Of a stretch of 64,000 bases of DNA, positions 36,801 through 51,200 are shown piece after piece. The notes beneath the pieces were generated by a model, which was not told the DNA's origin, searched no databases, and saw only the letters and a list, made by a program, of their open reading frames with translations. How positions within the stretch are numbered: the stretch's first letter is position 1; every line of letters starts with the position of its first letter. Source of the stretch: Azolla caroliniana (lineage: Eukaryota; Plantae; Polypodiophyta); assembly GCA_043228905.1 (NCBI GenBank), contig JBHGNT010000002.1:27280001-27344000 (forward strand), given 5' to 3'. A program made the translations under genes and the position numbers.

Positions 36801-39332
36801 TTCCTTACTGGTCCACACTCTCTGCAGTGTGTCTCCATCCAAGGGCACTGAGGGTGATCTGTTTATCACATACGTCGTTGTCGACAGTGCCTCAACCCAA
36901 AACGTCTTGGGTAGCTTAGCATGTGCTGGCATACTCCGGACCCTCTCCATTATGGTCCAGTTCATCCTCTCGGCCAGCCCATTGAGTTTCGGCGTCTTCG
37001 GCACGGTAAATTCGAGCCGGATTCCCTTCAAGCGGCAGTACCTCCTCGAACTACCCCCGGTATTCTCCTCTGTTATTTGCTCGAACCGCCTTCAGCTTCC
37101 GGCTGGTTTCTCTTTCCACTCTCGCGTGGAGCTCCTTGAAGACGGATAACACCTGATCCTTCATCTTCAACGGTGTGGCCCACAGCTTCCGGCTGTGGTC
37201 ATCTATGAACGTCACGAAGTTCTGCGATCCTACATGTGACTTCGTGTCCACTTGACACACATCAGTATGCACCAGCTCCAGTGGTGCATTACGTCTCATC
37301 GGTGGCCTTGATCGGAAGGAGGTCCGGTTTTGTTTACCGGCCAGGCAGTCAGTGCATCTCTCAAGATGCACGTCCTTCACTGGAATGAGGTTGTCTTCGG
37401 CAAGCCTCTTCATCCCCTTCTCGCTCATGTGACACAATCTCTTGTGCCACATCTCACCGGCAGTGTTGGATGCCATGTTCACGTCTTCCCGGCATAACCG
37501 GGCATTCATTAGATACAACGTGTTGACTTTCCGGGCCCAAGCCACTATTAGGCTCCCTTTGTAGAACTTCATGACACCGTTCCGGATGCTACCCATGTAG
37601 CCTTCATCATCTAGCCGACCGGCTGATATCAGGTTCAGTCGAACCTCCGGAACGTGTCAGAGATCCTTCAACAACAGCTTGCATCTAGTTGATGTCATCA
37701 ACAGCACATCTCCTATGCCAATAATTCGGCATGTCCCTTCATTCCCAATCCGAACACAACCGTACTCACCGGTTGTGTAGGATGAGAAGCATTTCCGGTC
37801 CGGAGTAAGGTGGAACGACGCTCCGGAATCGGCAACCCATGTTGTCTCGTCGCCGGCAAGGTTCAACTTACTCTCCTCGGTGATGAGCATCAACTCTTCT
37901 TCACTTGTCGTGATCGCCATCGTTCCCTTCCGGTCTGAGCCTCGCCGATCCGAGCCGTTTCGGTCCGGTGACTTCTTCGAATCGGTAATGTCGGTTCCCT
38001 TGTCTTTCCGGAAATGCCGACAGTTCTTCTAGAAGTGCACCGGCTTGCCGCAATAGAAGCAAGTGAATCTCCCCCTTGACTTTGACCATGTCCCTGACTT
38101 TTCCCCTTGTCTTCCACGTTTCGATTCGGTAAGGAGCGCTTTGGAGTCGGAGCTCGTATCCTTGTCTTTCCGATGCGCCTCCTCATCTAGCAAGCTCAAC
38201 TTAACTCTTGTTAGGGATAGTTGTTTTCCTTCCGGCCCGGTTGCCCAAAGTGACAACTAACGTCTCCCAGCTATCCGGGAGGGAACCGAGCAGGAGCAAT
38301 GCTAGTACCTCATCGGCGAGAGGTACTTCCAATGATGTTTCCTGGTGAATCAGCCCCTGGAAGGCATTCATGTGCTCCGCCATACTCGAGTCATCTTGGT
38401 ACCGGAGCCTCACTAGCTTCCGAAATATCAAAACCTGATTTACAGCATTTTTGTTCTCAAACATAATGTCGATCTTCTCCCAGAGCTCATGAGCCTTGCT
38501 CTCTTAATTTAAGTTGTTGTACAGGCTCATGTCGATGAAGCACCGGATGTAAGCCGTTTTCTTCATGTGCATCACCTCCCACACCATGGCGTTGATCTTG
38601 TCTGGTCTCTTGTCCCCAAACTAAACCGGCAACCAAAGATCTTTGACCACGAGCATGTCCCTCATCTTCGACTTCCACACTGAGTAGTTGGAGCCGGTGA
38701 GCTTGAACATGCCTCCAAACGAATCTTCCATTTTCTGTGTCGTTTCGCTCTGATACCAGATTGACAGTAATATGCGGAATAGTGCTCGGCCACAACCGAG
38801 TCTTCAATCACTTCATGACAATCAAACACATAAAGAAATGGGAAATGGAAGTAAGTACACAGACAGAGGAGAATGCATAGGATGTTAACGTGAAAAACCC
38901 TAAACGGGAAAAACCACGGGAGTCCACAAACTCCAACTCTCATTATGCAAGGCGAATAAAGCAGGGGAACATAGAGGCAATGACCTCGTGCTCACACTCT
39001 TCGCCAGGCGGCGGTTACAACAGAGACTCACTCTGTCTCTCTCTCTCTCTCTCCGTCCCTCTTTCCTCTACTACACTCTGTACAGCAGTTACACCAATAA
39101 CTCTATACAAAATAATGACAACTACCAATCGTGTTTGCCCTAGGTCATATTTATACTAATATGACTTTTGGGTTATTTACAAATATAGCCACAATGGGCT
39201 AACAGAAACATATTTACATCTATGTCCCTTCATCCAGTGAGAGGTTCTCACCGGGTCTTCCTTACCGAGTACTCATCATCCAGTTCTCACCGGGCCTTCA
39301 TCATCCCATCCGGAGGAACCAAAATCCTAACA
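33860..39332 (-). mobile_element. Degenerate full-length Copia (Tork/Tnt1-like)
   Basis: LTRs 33860-34428 and 38762-39332, TSD ATGCC/ATGCT, iMet PBS 38747-38758, PPT ~34431-34440. Gag starts MEDSFGGMFKLTGSNY; also DSGASFH, LYVDDM and FTDSDM. Confidence 0.93.
35200..35561. mobile_element. Solo LTR inserted in the RT of the Tork-like Copia
   Basis: TGTT...AACA ends and 5-bp TSD CACCT. The host frame EKYVTKV|LQRFN rejoins. Confidence 0.88.
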
Positions 39333-41068
39333 ATGCTGACTCAAGAAGAAACTTTACGGCCTCAAACAAGCACCGCGTGCTTGGCATTCAAAGATCACGC
39401 AATATCTTCATCAAGTCGGATTTCGGATGTCAAAATCCGACACTTCCTTGTACATCCGAAACGAGTCAAATAGCCCGATAATCATCATCTTGTACGTGGA
39501 TGATTTGGTCATCGAAGGAAAGGATCTCGCCGAGATCAACAAAGTTAAATCACTTCTTTCCAACAGATTCGAGATGAAAGACCTGCACGAACTTCATTAC
39601 TTCCTAGGTATTAAAGTAATTCGGACACCAGTCGGGATAATGATCTCACAACGGCACTATGTCCTCAAATTACTGTACAAATTCGGAATGACAGAGTGCA
39701 AACCTGTGACTACCCCTCTTGATCGCAATATCAAGATTGATGCCAGTTCCGGCACAGGCGAGACTGAACCGACTCAGTATCGCCAACTGATCGGTAGCTT
39801 CATCTATCTCACCATTACGCGACCCGACCTAAGTTATTCAATCAGCCTACTTAGCTAATTCATGCAGAATCTGTGTAATCTTCATCTCAATTGTGCTAAG
39901 AGGATACTACGGTATGTTAGTATGACAATGGATCATGGCATCTTATATAAGTCGAATACGACTGTTCGACTCAGAGGGTACATAGGCGCGGACTGGGCAG
40001 GATACAAAGCAGATAGATGATCCACATCCGGATTCGTCTTCTCCCTTGGCAGCGGAGCGATCTCCTGGAGCGGCAAGAAATAGCCGACATTCGCATTGTC
40101 GAGCACAGAAGCCGAATACAGGGGTGCGGCAATCGCCGCATGTGAAGTCGTATGGCTTAAGTGCGTACTGAAGGATCTGGGCGTTCCCATCAAAGATCCA
40201 ATATGCCTATACTGCGACAACATGAGCAGTATCTACTTGGCGCGCAACCTCGTATTTCATGCACGAACTAAACACATCGAAGTGCACTACCACTTCATCC
40301 ACGAGCGCGTACAGGCCAAAGAAATCAATCTCCAACATATCGACACGTACCTCCAGGTTGCTGATATATTTACGAAGGCCTTATGAGTAGACAAGCTTGG
40401 GCAATTCGCATCGGATCTCGGTCTCATGCCATCTACATTGCCAAGCTTGAGGGGGAGTACACAGCATACACAGCACGAATAGACTACACAACACACAATA
40501 AGAAGCGTAAAGCAATAAAGGCGGAATCTGATTCCTTAAATCGAAGTACTCCGAAGACCGACCGAAACAACTTTTCAACAGATGGAAGTTGTGTTCGAAG
40601 GGGCGTGTTGAGAATCGAACTCAAATTCCCATAGATGTGTTGGGCTAGTTTTGTAAATAGTAGAAAGAGCACTTGCCCTAGCTTAGTTGCTATATAAACC
40701 AACTGATTGTAACTTAGTTACTGTTGGAAGTCTTATGTAATATACAATTTTGATTATCTCTGTCTTGAGCACACACACATAGTCTCTCATCTTCCATTGT
40801 ATTGTAATCACCACAGACTCCATTTCTTAATATAATCAAACAAATAATGATATCAAATAACAAAATAAAGGAAAATTATTATTATCAGTAATTAAAAACT
40901 TACCTCTATCATCAACAAATATCTATGCGCAATCGACCTTAAATTTAAAACAAATTCTTAGCTTAAACTAATCAGGACATCGACATTGTTGAACATCACA
41001 TTTAGAAAACTCAAACCAACCTCTCCTCTTTGGTTCAAGTCCCTCATGGTCCCACTCAAATTTCATGT

Positions 41069-42280
41069 TGTCGCGTAGTTACGCGCGTGTGTGGGGAACA
41101 AGGCGGGACCACCAGGGTCTTGGACCGAGAAATAGCTGAGGAGGAGGAGAGCAGAAAGGCAACGAATGCACTTGCACCCGCACAGACACGGGAGCACACA
41201 GGAATCACAGTCCAACAACACAGCAAAACGAGATGACTAGAAGTCCGAGCATGTGAACACGTTGTCGCGTTGCTACGCGCGTGTGTGGAGAAGGGCGGGA
41301 CCACGGGGGTCTTGGACTAAGGAGTAGAGGAGAAGGAATCGGACATGGAATGGAAGCTTTGCTCAAGAAGAAGAAGAATGAACAAGAGGAAGATGGAGAC
41401 AAGATGTTCAACAAGATGTATTAAAACGAAATGAACGATTACAAAATGGTGGCCGCATAGGCCGCACCAAACGACTACCTGAAACCCTAACCGACGAAGA
41501 TGAAGATAAAGATAAAGAAACCCTAATCCTAACCCTAACGCTCGACCTATGTGGTATACCTCGCACACTCAAAATAGGCAACCCCCACAATGGTGCCTTC
41601 CCTCTCCTTTTATAGCACGAGTGAACCGTTTACAAAAGTGAGACTAAAATATCCCCTTTCATTCAAAGGGGATATTTGCCTTGATTTGGGGAGGGTGAGA
41701 ATAATGGCCCCTTAACTCCCACCTCCACACAAACAACTAGGTACCTATGTACCACATAGTACCTCTCTCTCTCTCTCGCGTGGATGTGCGCACAAGACCA
41801 CATCACCTTTATACCTTAGGGATCCTATGGGGCATTTCTAGCTCCATACACTTTACCCTTATTACTATTACAAATACATTATGTACGTGTGCAACGTTGC
41901 ACATCGCTCTTTGGCTCTCGTTGCTCGGGTTTCCGCTTGTGGACGAAAATCTTCACGACAACGTATGTATATAAATAAATATATATAACGAGACGGTTAC
42001 AACTAATAGGCCGGCAAGGCGGACACCGACGCCTATTCACTCACACACACAGAAGAGCGAGATGGAAACTCTACCGGAAGCACACGGGCGTTCCACGGAG
42101 CAGAGTCAGCCCCCCCCTCCCCCCCGAAAACCTGCGCAAAAAAATGGCTATGGAGAGTGGCAGAGGAGAAGGGCTCAGTCCCAGTCCGGCAACACTTCGT
42201 CCTCTCTAACGCGCGATCCCTTTCCCCATTCCTCTCCCTCTCTTTTATAGCCCAAGGAGGGAGGTCGTTATCATCCGTAA
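41069..42280 (-). mobile_element. Truncated tRNA-Trp-family LTR interrupted by a solo LTR
   Basis: Family terminus TGTCGCGT.GTTACGCGCGTG at 41069. Resumes at 41965 and breaks off near 42280. Confidence 0.75.
41263..41960 (-). mobile_element. Solo LTR (same type as the LTRs of 56129-60441)
   Basis: TGTCG...CGACA ends, TSD ACGT, and homology to 56129-56807. Confidence 0.92.
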
Positions 42281-45200
42281 CTGCGGATTCGGGACATGGC
42301 GGCCCGAAACATCGAGTGGGGAGGAGACAAGCGGCGGTGCCGCGACCTTACACACACCTGCCCTAGAGGCTCCGGCGGTCGGCCTGAGTGCCGGCGTGAG
42401 ACCTAGAGCGACGGGCGGTGGCGGCATCAAGGCAGGAAACTGAGACGACGACATGGAAGAGACGGCGGCAAGCGTAATCGAGGCTTGCGCGATCGGAAGT
42501 GGGGTAGCCGCGGACAACGATGTCCAGACGGAGGTGGCTACGGACACAACGAGCGGTGGTGCCGGGTCCTTACCCACACCGGTCCTAGAAGCTCCGGCAG
42601 TCGGCCCAAGTGCTGGCGTGAGTCCTAGAGCGATGGGCGGTGGCGACGGCAAGGCGGGCAACCGAGACGAGGACGAGGATGAGGAGGTAGCAAGCATAAC
42701 CGAGGCTTGCGTAACCAGGGACGAGATAGCCACAGACCACGGCGTCCGAACAAAGGTGGCTACAAACATGACATCGGCGAGTGATGGTACCGAGACTTTT
42801 CCCACACCTATTCTAGAGACTTCGACGGTCGGCCCCTAGAGCCCACGTGAGACCGGAGAGACGGAAGGTGGTGGCGGCAAAGCGAGTGACCAAAACGACG
42901 ACGAGGAAGGTCATAGTGGACGGAGGAGAGACCCCTCGACACCGAGACCTGAGACTACGACGGTTGCACTCGAATGCCACTGTAAGACCGGAGAGAAGGA
43001 CGGTGGCCGTGAGGAGGCATGGCCCGGAGCGAACACATGCGAAGATGAGGATGCGAGGCCCGGAACGGGCATATACAAGAGGACCGACGGAGAGGTCGGG
43101 AACGGCAAGGAGGAGAGAGTCGGGAACCGACCCGACTGGAAAATGAACCGGTCGATAATCCGACATGACCGGAAGACGAGGTGGAAGAAGATTGGAGCAG
43201 GGTCCGGTCAACCGTGCCCGAACCGAAGAAGAGCCGGTAAGGTCGGATTTGTGCGGACAAACATGTACCGGCCGGTTACGATTACGGAAGGGAGCCGACC
43301 AAACCGGAACTCGATCGGCCGAGACCGATCTGGGCGAAGGCTAAGTCGGCATGATTGGAGGTCGAGGCGAACGAGCCACAACACCCGGTGGGAGCCGGTG
43401 AGCGCGAGAAGGAGGCCAAGCATGCAGGAGGAGTACGACTCGGTGGGAGGTCAACAGCGAGAGGAGCCCTCCACATCTATCCTTGAGACTTTGGCGGTTG
43501 CGGATCGACGTAAGACCAAAGAGACGGCGGGTGGCGGCGAGGAGTCGGAGACCGGAACGGACGAGGCTACCGGAACGGATACCCGGTGCGTGAAGATGGA
43601 CGAGCACGCCCAAGACGGCAAGCCGGAGTCGGAAGGGGCTACGGCAACGGAGGGCGAAGAGACCGACGCGTAGGTCGGGTCTACGACGGATGAGGCGCGT
43701 AATACGAAGTATGCACTATGGCGTAAAACGGAGCATGCACTAAGGCCGGCGAAGGGCCAAGAAGTAAGCATGCACCCGGAAGAGCGGCAACGAGTGACCG
43801 GCAACAGCGGACCGGTCGAGCCTTTGAGAGGCAAGCACGCGGCGAGAGACGAAGCCGTAAGGTGCCAGGATCGGCGGATGGGTGGCAAGAGCGAAGGATG
43901 GTGCGCGGAGAACAACGGGGTACACACCGGGAAGAGAAAACGCGACGGCTTCCCGGAGGGCATGCAAGGCCAAGCGGGCCAAGAGGGCGCAATTCGAGGC
44001 GAGGCGGTAACGAGAGACTCGAGGGACACTAACATGGAGGTCAGGATGACGGTACTCTCTATAGCGAGAGAGCACGACGGGCAAAGGAGAGGCAAGGAAC
44101 GCGGAATGGGGTCGCCTAAGGGCCAAAGAATGAGCACATATTCGGGGGACAACATCGGCGCACGAGAAGAGCCTATGGAAGGCAAGCGCGGAGCAGGAAG
44201 AGTCGACATGCCGAGGTGTTCGGCATGTGGAGACGATAAAACCAAAGGAGGAACATACGCGGCACGAAAAGGGCGGAATTCGGAGTGCGATCGGAGAGAT
44301 CGGGAGCGCACCCGGAGGACATACGAGCCTTTGCGAGGAATGCACTCGGCGAGAGACGGAGCGGTGAGGTGCCGGTATCGGCGGATGATTGGCGAGCATG
44401 GAAGGCTATGCCTTGAGAACCGGAGGAGGTGCATGGAGAGCAACAGGCTACGCGCCGGGAAGAGGAAACGTGGCGTCCCAGAAGGCATGCGAGGCCAAGC
44501 GGGCCAAGAGGACGAGAGTCGGGATGAAGCGGTAATGGGAGTCGCGAAGGACACTGACATGGTGGTCGGGATGACGGTATGCTCTACGGCGAGAGAGCAC
44601 GGCGAGCGAGGGAGAAGCAAGAAGCGTGTTGTCGCGAAGTTTCGCGCGTGCGTGGAGAAAGGCGGGACCATAGGGGGTCTTGGACTAGAGAGTGACGGAG
44701 TGTAGGAAGTCGTGCTTCACCGTTTCCGGGGCATCCCAGAAGCACACTGGAAGCAACCGAAGGGAGAGAGAGAGAGAGAGAGAGAGAGAGCAGGCACGCA
44801 ACATTAACTCTCGCACACATGCACACGGCACGCCGACCCAACTCACGCCTTATGTACAGGAACGAGAAAGAAACACAAAGACACACACACGCACACCAAC
44901 AGAGACTCGAATATGCACAACCAAATGTATATGTATTTACAAGACAACGAGATTCAACACTGACTTCGAGCCGGGCCTAGGTCGCATAGGATACAATTGT
45001 TGTCTACTGCCAAGCCGCTGGTCGGGGAGCTCTCGGGCTTGTCGCGCCGAGCGGGCTTGTACAGAGTACAGGGCAGAAAACCGAAACACTAGACGCCAGT
45101 GCTCGACGCGCAGAACGACGAAGAAGAAGCAGAGGAGACCAAGAAAGGAAAGAGAGAAAGAGGAAGAGAGAACATCTCTTCGTCTAACGGTATACCCTGC

Positions 45201-45715
45201 TAATACAAAATGGGCAACCCCTTCACAAGAGGTGCTCCCTTCCTTTTTATAGAACAAGGAGGGAGTTGCGTTACAATGTGGGATAAATCCCAACTTACAT
45301 GGGATTCTCTGTCCTGACTTGACTACTCTTCGGCGCTATAAAGGCGCTCTCGTTATTCACACTAAATGTACAAGGGTGAGCGCACATGCTGCACCCTGCC
45401 GATATAGCCAATATTTCCCGGTTTCCGCCTCTGGCCGAAATTCTTCACGACAGCGTAACGGGGTCACGTAAGGACCGAAGAACGAGCACGCATTCGATGG
45501 ATGACAACGACGCACGAAAAGTGCCTACGGAAGCCGAGCGCAGAACGAAGGGAGTCGATACGAGGTGTTCGTGGCGAGGAGAAGGTCGAGCCGGAGGTGG
45601 AACACACGCGATACGCGAGGAGCGGCACCCGGCGAGCAATCGAAGTAATCGGGGGTCTAACCGGAGGACATGCGCGGTGAGCGAAGGAAGGGAGACCGGA
45701 TCAGCAACGGTGAGC
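42281..45715 (+). pseudogene. Decayed paralogue of the 981-aa ORF of the non-autonomous element, split by a solo LTR
   Basis: Shares peptides with 56825-59770 (TSGGAGSLPTP.LEAP..GPSAG; ETAGGGEESE.G..E.TGTD.R). Contains stops and frameshifts, and continues after 45456. Confidence 0.85.
44630..45452 (-). mobile_element. Solo LTR (tRNA-Trp family)
   Basis: TGTCG...CGACA ends, TSD GTGT/GCGT, and homology to 60764-61517. Confidence 0.88.
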
Positions 45716-46533
45716 GCAGCGTGCCATTCTTCTTTGGCACCGTAAACCACCGATTCGAATACGGGGCACTCGACGATTCGAGGATGCCCATTTCCACCTT
45801 TTGCTTCAGAAGCTCCATCAACTTCGGGATGTGAGCTCTCGGCATCGGAATCGGTTTGAGATTCCACGGTACATGCGGTACCGTGAAGATCACCATCGGT
45901 TCAACGATCGTCGGGTCCACGCACCCGATCTCCTCCCGTGAGAACGTGAAGGTTTTCCCATGCCTTCCAAGAATTCTCCGAAACCTATTCTCCTCCGCCG
46001 GCAGTAGAAAGCCACCCCCACCGACCTTGAGCTCCCGTAGCGTTATGTCAGTGAACCAGTGCCCTATGCCAACCGGATTCCGTAAACTTAGGTCCGATGT
46101 GACCCCTTTTATCCGCTCCTCCTTGCCCTCCGACAAGGGTGCCGCAACCGGCCTTACCTTCCGGTCCACAGTCTTGTACCTTGTATCCACACGGGCCGTC
46201 CGATTCGACCCGATCCTTTCCCCGAAGTCCGCGATGACTTCGTACATTCCCATCGAACCTACCGGAACGGTCCGGTCTTCACCGATCACCTTTCGCAACT
46301 CGCCCAAGGTGTCGTCAAAAGAGACCGCCTCCACGGCACCGCTGATCTCTTCATCGGGGGAGAGGACTCCGCATTCCCTGAGCCGCTCCTCCGCTCGCTT
46401 CCTTTCCCAACCATTGACGCCGGCCATAGTACTGTCAAGATTCGAAGGTGTGTCCATGACAAGTACAACCTCCGTTGTCGGAGAACCAAAATTTCCTACC
46501 TATGGTACAGGCCTTCTTCCGTACTGTACATTT

Positions 46534-46599
46534 GTGGGGTTTTTCTGAGGTGTCCGGACTATCGTGGCCCCACGCCTTGATAGCCCTCTCTAAAAATCC
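46534..46599 (-). promoter_or_regulatory. Candidate -1 ribosomal frameshift signal (copy 2)
   Basis: G GAT TTT TAG, a 6-nt spacer, stem GGGCTATC/GATAGTCC, and loop GTGGGG pairing with a downstream CCCCAC. Confidence 0.7.
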
Positions 46600-48235
46600 C
46601 CTCGGGTTTCGCCACCGAGGGTCTCGCGGTTACGCTCATGGTTTGGTCGCACTGTCAGGAACTGGACCGAGTGACGCCCGTCCTGGCTCTTGACTCTTGC
46701 GTAGGCCGAACCATTGTCCAGCACCTTGGTCTCCATCCGTGCCGCCATGATGTATGGTTCTCCTAGTATAATTGGATGTGAGGACGCCTCCTGCACGAAG
46801 AAGTGTTGGTCGATCTTGACGTCGCCGACTTTCACCCGTACGTTCGGGCAGGCTCCATATAGTTCTTCCGTGGCGTGCGTCGTTGCCCATATTTTCTAGC
46901 CGTGTTTGGTGTTGATCGGCCATTTCCCCTTTTTGTAGAAGTCCATGGACATCAAGTTGATTTCTGAACCGTGGTCCACCAACGCCACCAGCGGCTCCTG
47001 GACATCCCCAACCTTAACAAGGGTCTCCGTGGTCGCTCTGGCCCAGTGCGGCCTCGAATAGTGGCTCTCCGCCAACTCGTCTTCTAGCGCCATGTCCTCT
47101 ATGTGCGTCGTTCACACTTCCATCGGCTTCTCCGGCTCTGGCTCTGTTGACAGCCTCTTCCTCTTCACCAAGTCTACGATGGAGTCGTGGAACTCCTTCT
47201 TAGCGATCCCGATCACTTCCCTCAGCGACAGTTCCACTTTGTTGTCGAGGATACGTTACTCCAGGACCTTTCGTAGGTCGGTGGTACTTTCGATTTCCGT
47301 GCTCAACCGGTACCCGGCCTCCTTGGCTTTATCCGATGCGCCAGTCGCACCGGCCTCATTCTGCCTTTGACCGAATCGGGTCTCGTACCGTTGCGAGGGC
47401 CCGGCCCCTCCGGTTTTATTTACTCGCTTGTCTTCCACCAGAGCCTCGTAGTTCTGGCATGCGGCTTCAACTAAGCCTGTCTTCTCTTCGACCGGGTCAC
47501 GCGCGGTCCGCTTCTTCTTTCCTTAGTCGTGCGCCAGCGAGGCCTTCCAGCATCAGCGGCCAGAATCTGGCTTCGTTCGTCTTCCCGACCTCACCACCTC
47601 TGACCTGGATCCCAGACGACGTCGAGTAGTGGACGGTCTCCGCGTGGCGAGCCACCGCTTCTTCCATCAGCCGTTTCATACGCCCTCGTCCGACATTTAG
47701 GTCCAAGGCCCTTCGGGTCTCCCTAGCGTGCACCTGACTGTTCCACAGGTACACCACATTTGCTCTCATTGCCTCGGCGACTTCCCCGCAGTCCTTCCGG
47801 ACGTGGCCGACTGCGTCGCACCACAAACACTGGTTTCAAGCCAGGGGCTTTCGGTCACGGGCCTGTTTGCTGCCGTCCCTCCGTGCCTGTGCAATCTGGA
47901 GGTCCTTTACCATCCTAGTCAGCTCCTCTAGAGTTGCTCCTCCGGACGAGCCTTTGACCATGCCGATCGAAGTCGATCGGGTCTCAAGCCAGTCTCGGGT
48001 CTCTTCCCTTCGCGTTGGCGGGGTTGGCTCGAGTTTCCTTGCCGCTACAAAGCCCGCCCTATTGATCCTTTATCGACCCACTCTCGCCGTTTGTCGAAAC
48101 GGCCACAAAATCTCTTCACCACGGCCCAGTCGGCCGTCAGCCCGTCATCAGTCTCCAGCAGGAGACCCACTTGTTCCCAGTCCCTCGCATCCACCGACTT
48201 AACGAATAGCAGGACGCGACTTGTGTCTAGTACAG

Positions 48236-51200
48236 TGTCGCGTTGTTACGCGCGTGCGTGGAGAAACGAGGCGGGACCACCGGGGTCTTGAACCGAAGAG
48301 CAGGGGATAGGAGGGGAAAGAGAAAGAGAGAAACGACCGGTTACGTATGAGCAAAGAAACACAGGGACACGGCCCGTAAACGCCGAAGACACGAATGGAC
48401 ACAGAGACAGAGAGACACGAATGTTTGTATATTAACAACTGACACAAAAACAATAGAGCACGCGAGCGGTTACAACCGAACAGGCTGGCGAACAGGTGCC
48501 GATGCCTGCTCGTCTGCGCACGAAACGGGATAGGATGGAGGTGCTGCCGGAAGCACACGGGCGTTCCTCGAAGCAACGCGAGCCTCCTGAAAACCTGCAG
48601 AGAAGAGCAATAGAGAACAAACAGAGGAGAAGCGTTCGGTTCCGGTCCGATAGCACTTCGTCCTCCTCAATGCGCGATCCCTTCTCCCTGCGTCTCCCTC
48701 TCCTTTATAGCGTCAAGAAGGGAGTCGTCTCCCTCATTTACTTCCTACCTACCGAATCTAACTACCCAGGATATACCTATGTACCTAATTCCCTATTATA
48801 TACATTAAGGGCGCGCACGCGTGAAGAGCCGGTTCACGCGCGCTATGCATCGATTACGCTAAGGGACGGTTTTCTTCACGACATCCGCCCCCACCTAACC
48901 GCGCATCCACCGGTATGCGCCAAAATTGGGTTCTGGTTGGAGAAAACCGGTCCGGGTTCCGATTCCTCGCCCATCAGTTCGTCCTCCGTTTCGGACTGTT
49001 CGTCGTCGCTGTCCAGGCCTCTTAGATCCGGTTCGTCGTCGTGGCGCTTCCTGAACGCTTTGATCCGCTTCCCTGCCACCGGTATCGCCATCCTCGTACT
49101 GTCGAGTTCCGCCATGTGATACGTCCCGTTGTTGTTGGCGCTCGTTACCACGTAAGGCCCGAACCACCGCTTTGCAAACTTCCGTGTTGCTCGGTGCTGG
49201 TTGTCGAGGCTGTTGTCAAAGACTAGCACCCAGTCGCCTTCCTCGATTTTGTTCGATCGGAGCCGGTGCGTTCGGTCGAACCGGGCTTTATTCTTCATCC
49301 TCGTCGTCCGAAGTCTCTCCGCCGCTCGTTCCACGTCCTCTGGCCTCCGCTCGAGTTGCCGTATACGCGCCGCTAGCAGTTCTTCCCGACTCATCTCGTC
49401 TCTCCAGTTTACTGTCGCCCAAGAGGAGATCGTCCGTTCCATCGGCATGATCGGCTTCTGTCCGAACATGAGCTCTGAGGGCGTGAACCCGGTTACCGAA
49501 CTGTGCGTTGTCCAGTCCGCCCACAAGGCATAGGGTAACAGTCGTGACCAGTTCCCAACCTGGCCTTCGCACGCCCGGACTAGCGCTTTGACGATCGGTT
49601 AGTGTCCGCACTCCACCTTCCCGTTCGCCTCCGGATTGTACGCTGTGGTGAGTGAGAGCTTGACCCCTAGCCGGTCGAACAGCTCCTCGGCCTCTTCGGC
49701 GTCCAACTCCCCGCGGTCAGCCACGATCTTCCCGACGCACCCGTACCGGCATATCACGTCCTCGATCAGGAACCGACACACGGCCGCGGTCGTTTTGTTT
49801 GTAGGGCTCGGCCTTCCACCTGGTTCGTCAGGTCGTCCCGGGCCAGCACCAGATATCGCATCTGCCCTACGCCCATCGGCATCGTCACCAAATCTACCAT
49901 CCATTTGAAATGGATGGCTGGAGGGTAAGTAGGGTGAAGCTCGTCCCGATGTCGGAGTGCATCTGACAGCTCTTACAAGTTGTCACGAACCGATGCACGT
50001 CCCGGTACAGCCCCGGCCACCAGTACTTCCCCTTTAGTTTCTCGAACGTGGCCCACGTCCCACGGTGTCCAGCCCAGGGGTTGTCGTGGTAGGCCTTCAG
50101 TAACTCCTCCTGTTCCTCCTTCATCGCCACCACTCGGAGCGGGATGCCGTTTCTCTTGTTCGGGTGCTTCCCCAAGTATCCGTCCCGGAGAAAGAATCGG
50201 TACGCTTTCTTCCGGATCCGGTTGGCCTCGTCCTTCGTCCATGATGCGTCCGCGTCATCGTCCTTACGAATCCCCCAATCTACAGCCACTCCCCATCGTA
50301 CTTGCTCTCGTTAAAATCGTTAAGCGCCGGAGTGTTCCCCCCCTTGGTTGTTACGTAAGCCGCCTCGAAGAAGTCCACGCCGACTTCCTCGTCCTCCGAA
50401 ACCATGCCGCCCTCGTCGTCGAATCGCGCCCTCGAAAGCATGTCGGCCATGGCATTGTCTTTCCCGGAAATGTGTCGTATTTCCGGATCCAGGAACTTGA
50501 TGTACGCTATCCACCTAAGCATTGCCAGGTCCGGGGTTGCGCATCCGGAAACCATGCCGAGAATCGGCAGGCAGTCCATCTCGATAATCACCTTTGTCCC
50601 GATCAGATAGTCCTTATCGGCCTTTACCGCCGAAACGATACCCCAGAGTTCGCGTTTAACCTGGGCGTATCCTCGCTGTCGCTCGCTAAGGACCTTCGCG
50701 CCGAACCGGATTGGGAACCGAATACCGTTCTCATCTTCTTGGTTGACGACCCATCCGATCCCGGTCGGACTTGTATCTACCGTTATGTAGATGGGAGTGC
50801 CTTTCTCGTAGACAGCCTTCCGGAGCGCCGGAGCTGCAGCAAGAGCCTCCATCATCTTTCGGACCGACTCCGTATGCTCAACTCGCCACTCGAATTTTCA
50901 CGCCTTTTTCAGCAACCCGTATAGCGACTCGGCAACGTGGGCGTAATGCGGGATCCATATGTGGTAGAACGTGCATGCTCCCAAGAACCTCCGTACCTTC
51001 GTGACTGAGTTACAGTCGGGCTTCATTGCGGAGATGGCTTCCACCTTAGCCGGAGACGGTTTCCGGCCGTACGGTCCGCATAGATGTTTGACGACCCTGT
51101 TCTCTGATTGCCCGAAGGCCGATTTCTCCCCGGAGAAGGTGAGCCTCGCGTCCTCTAGCCTCTGCAGCACCCTCTCGCAGTCATCAATGTGTGTCGCCAC

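Larger units (their letters stand above)
12481..40832 (+). mobile_element. Old 5'-truncated Copia ('host' element) split by three insertions; pieces at 12481-14388, 18728-18921, 33854-33859 and 39338-40832
   Basis: WFVDSGASNHM and HSDVWGP integrase motifs. RT rejoins across the insertions (THG|VDYEETFAP; HPQA|IC..LKK.LYGLKQAPRAW; LYVDDL). RNase H runs to ~40440, and a probable 3' LTR spans 40606 to ~40832. Confidence 0.85.

Noticed and set aside
41481-41540. Interstitial telomere
   Set aside because: There are only a few dispersed AAACCCTA/CCCTAA motifs, and they are part of an LTR.
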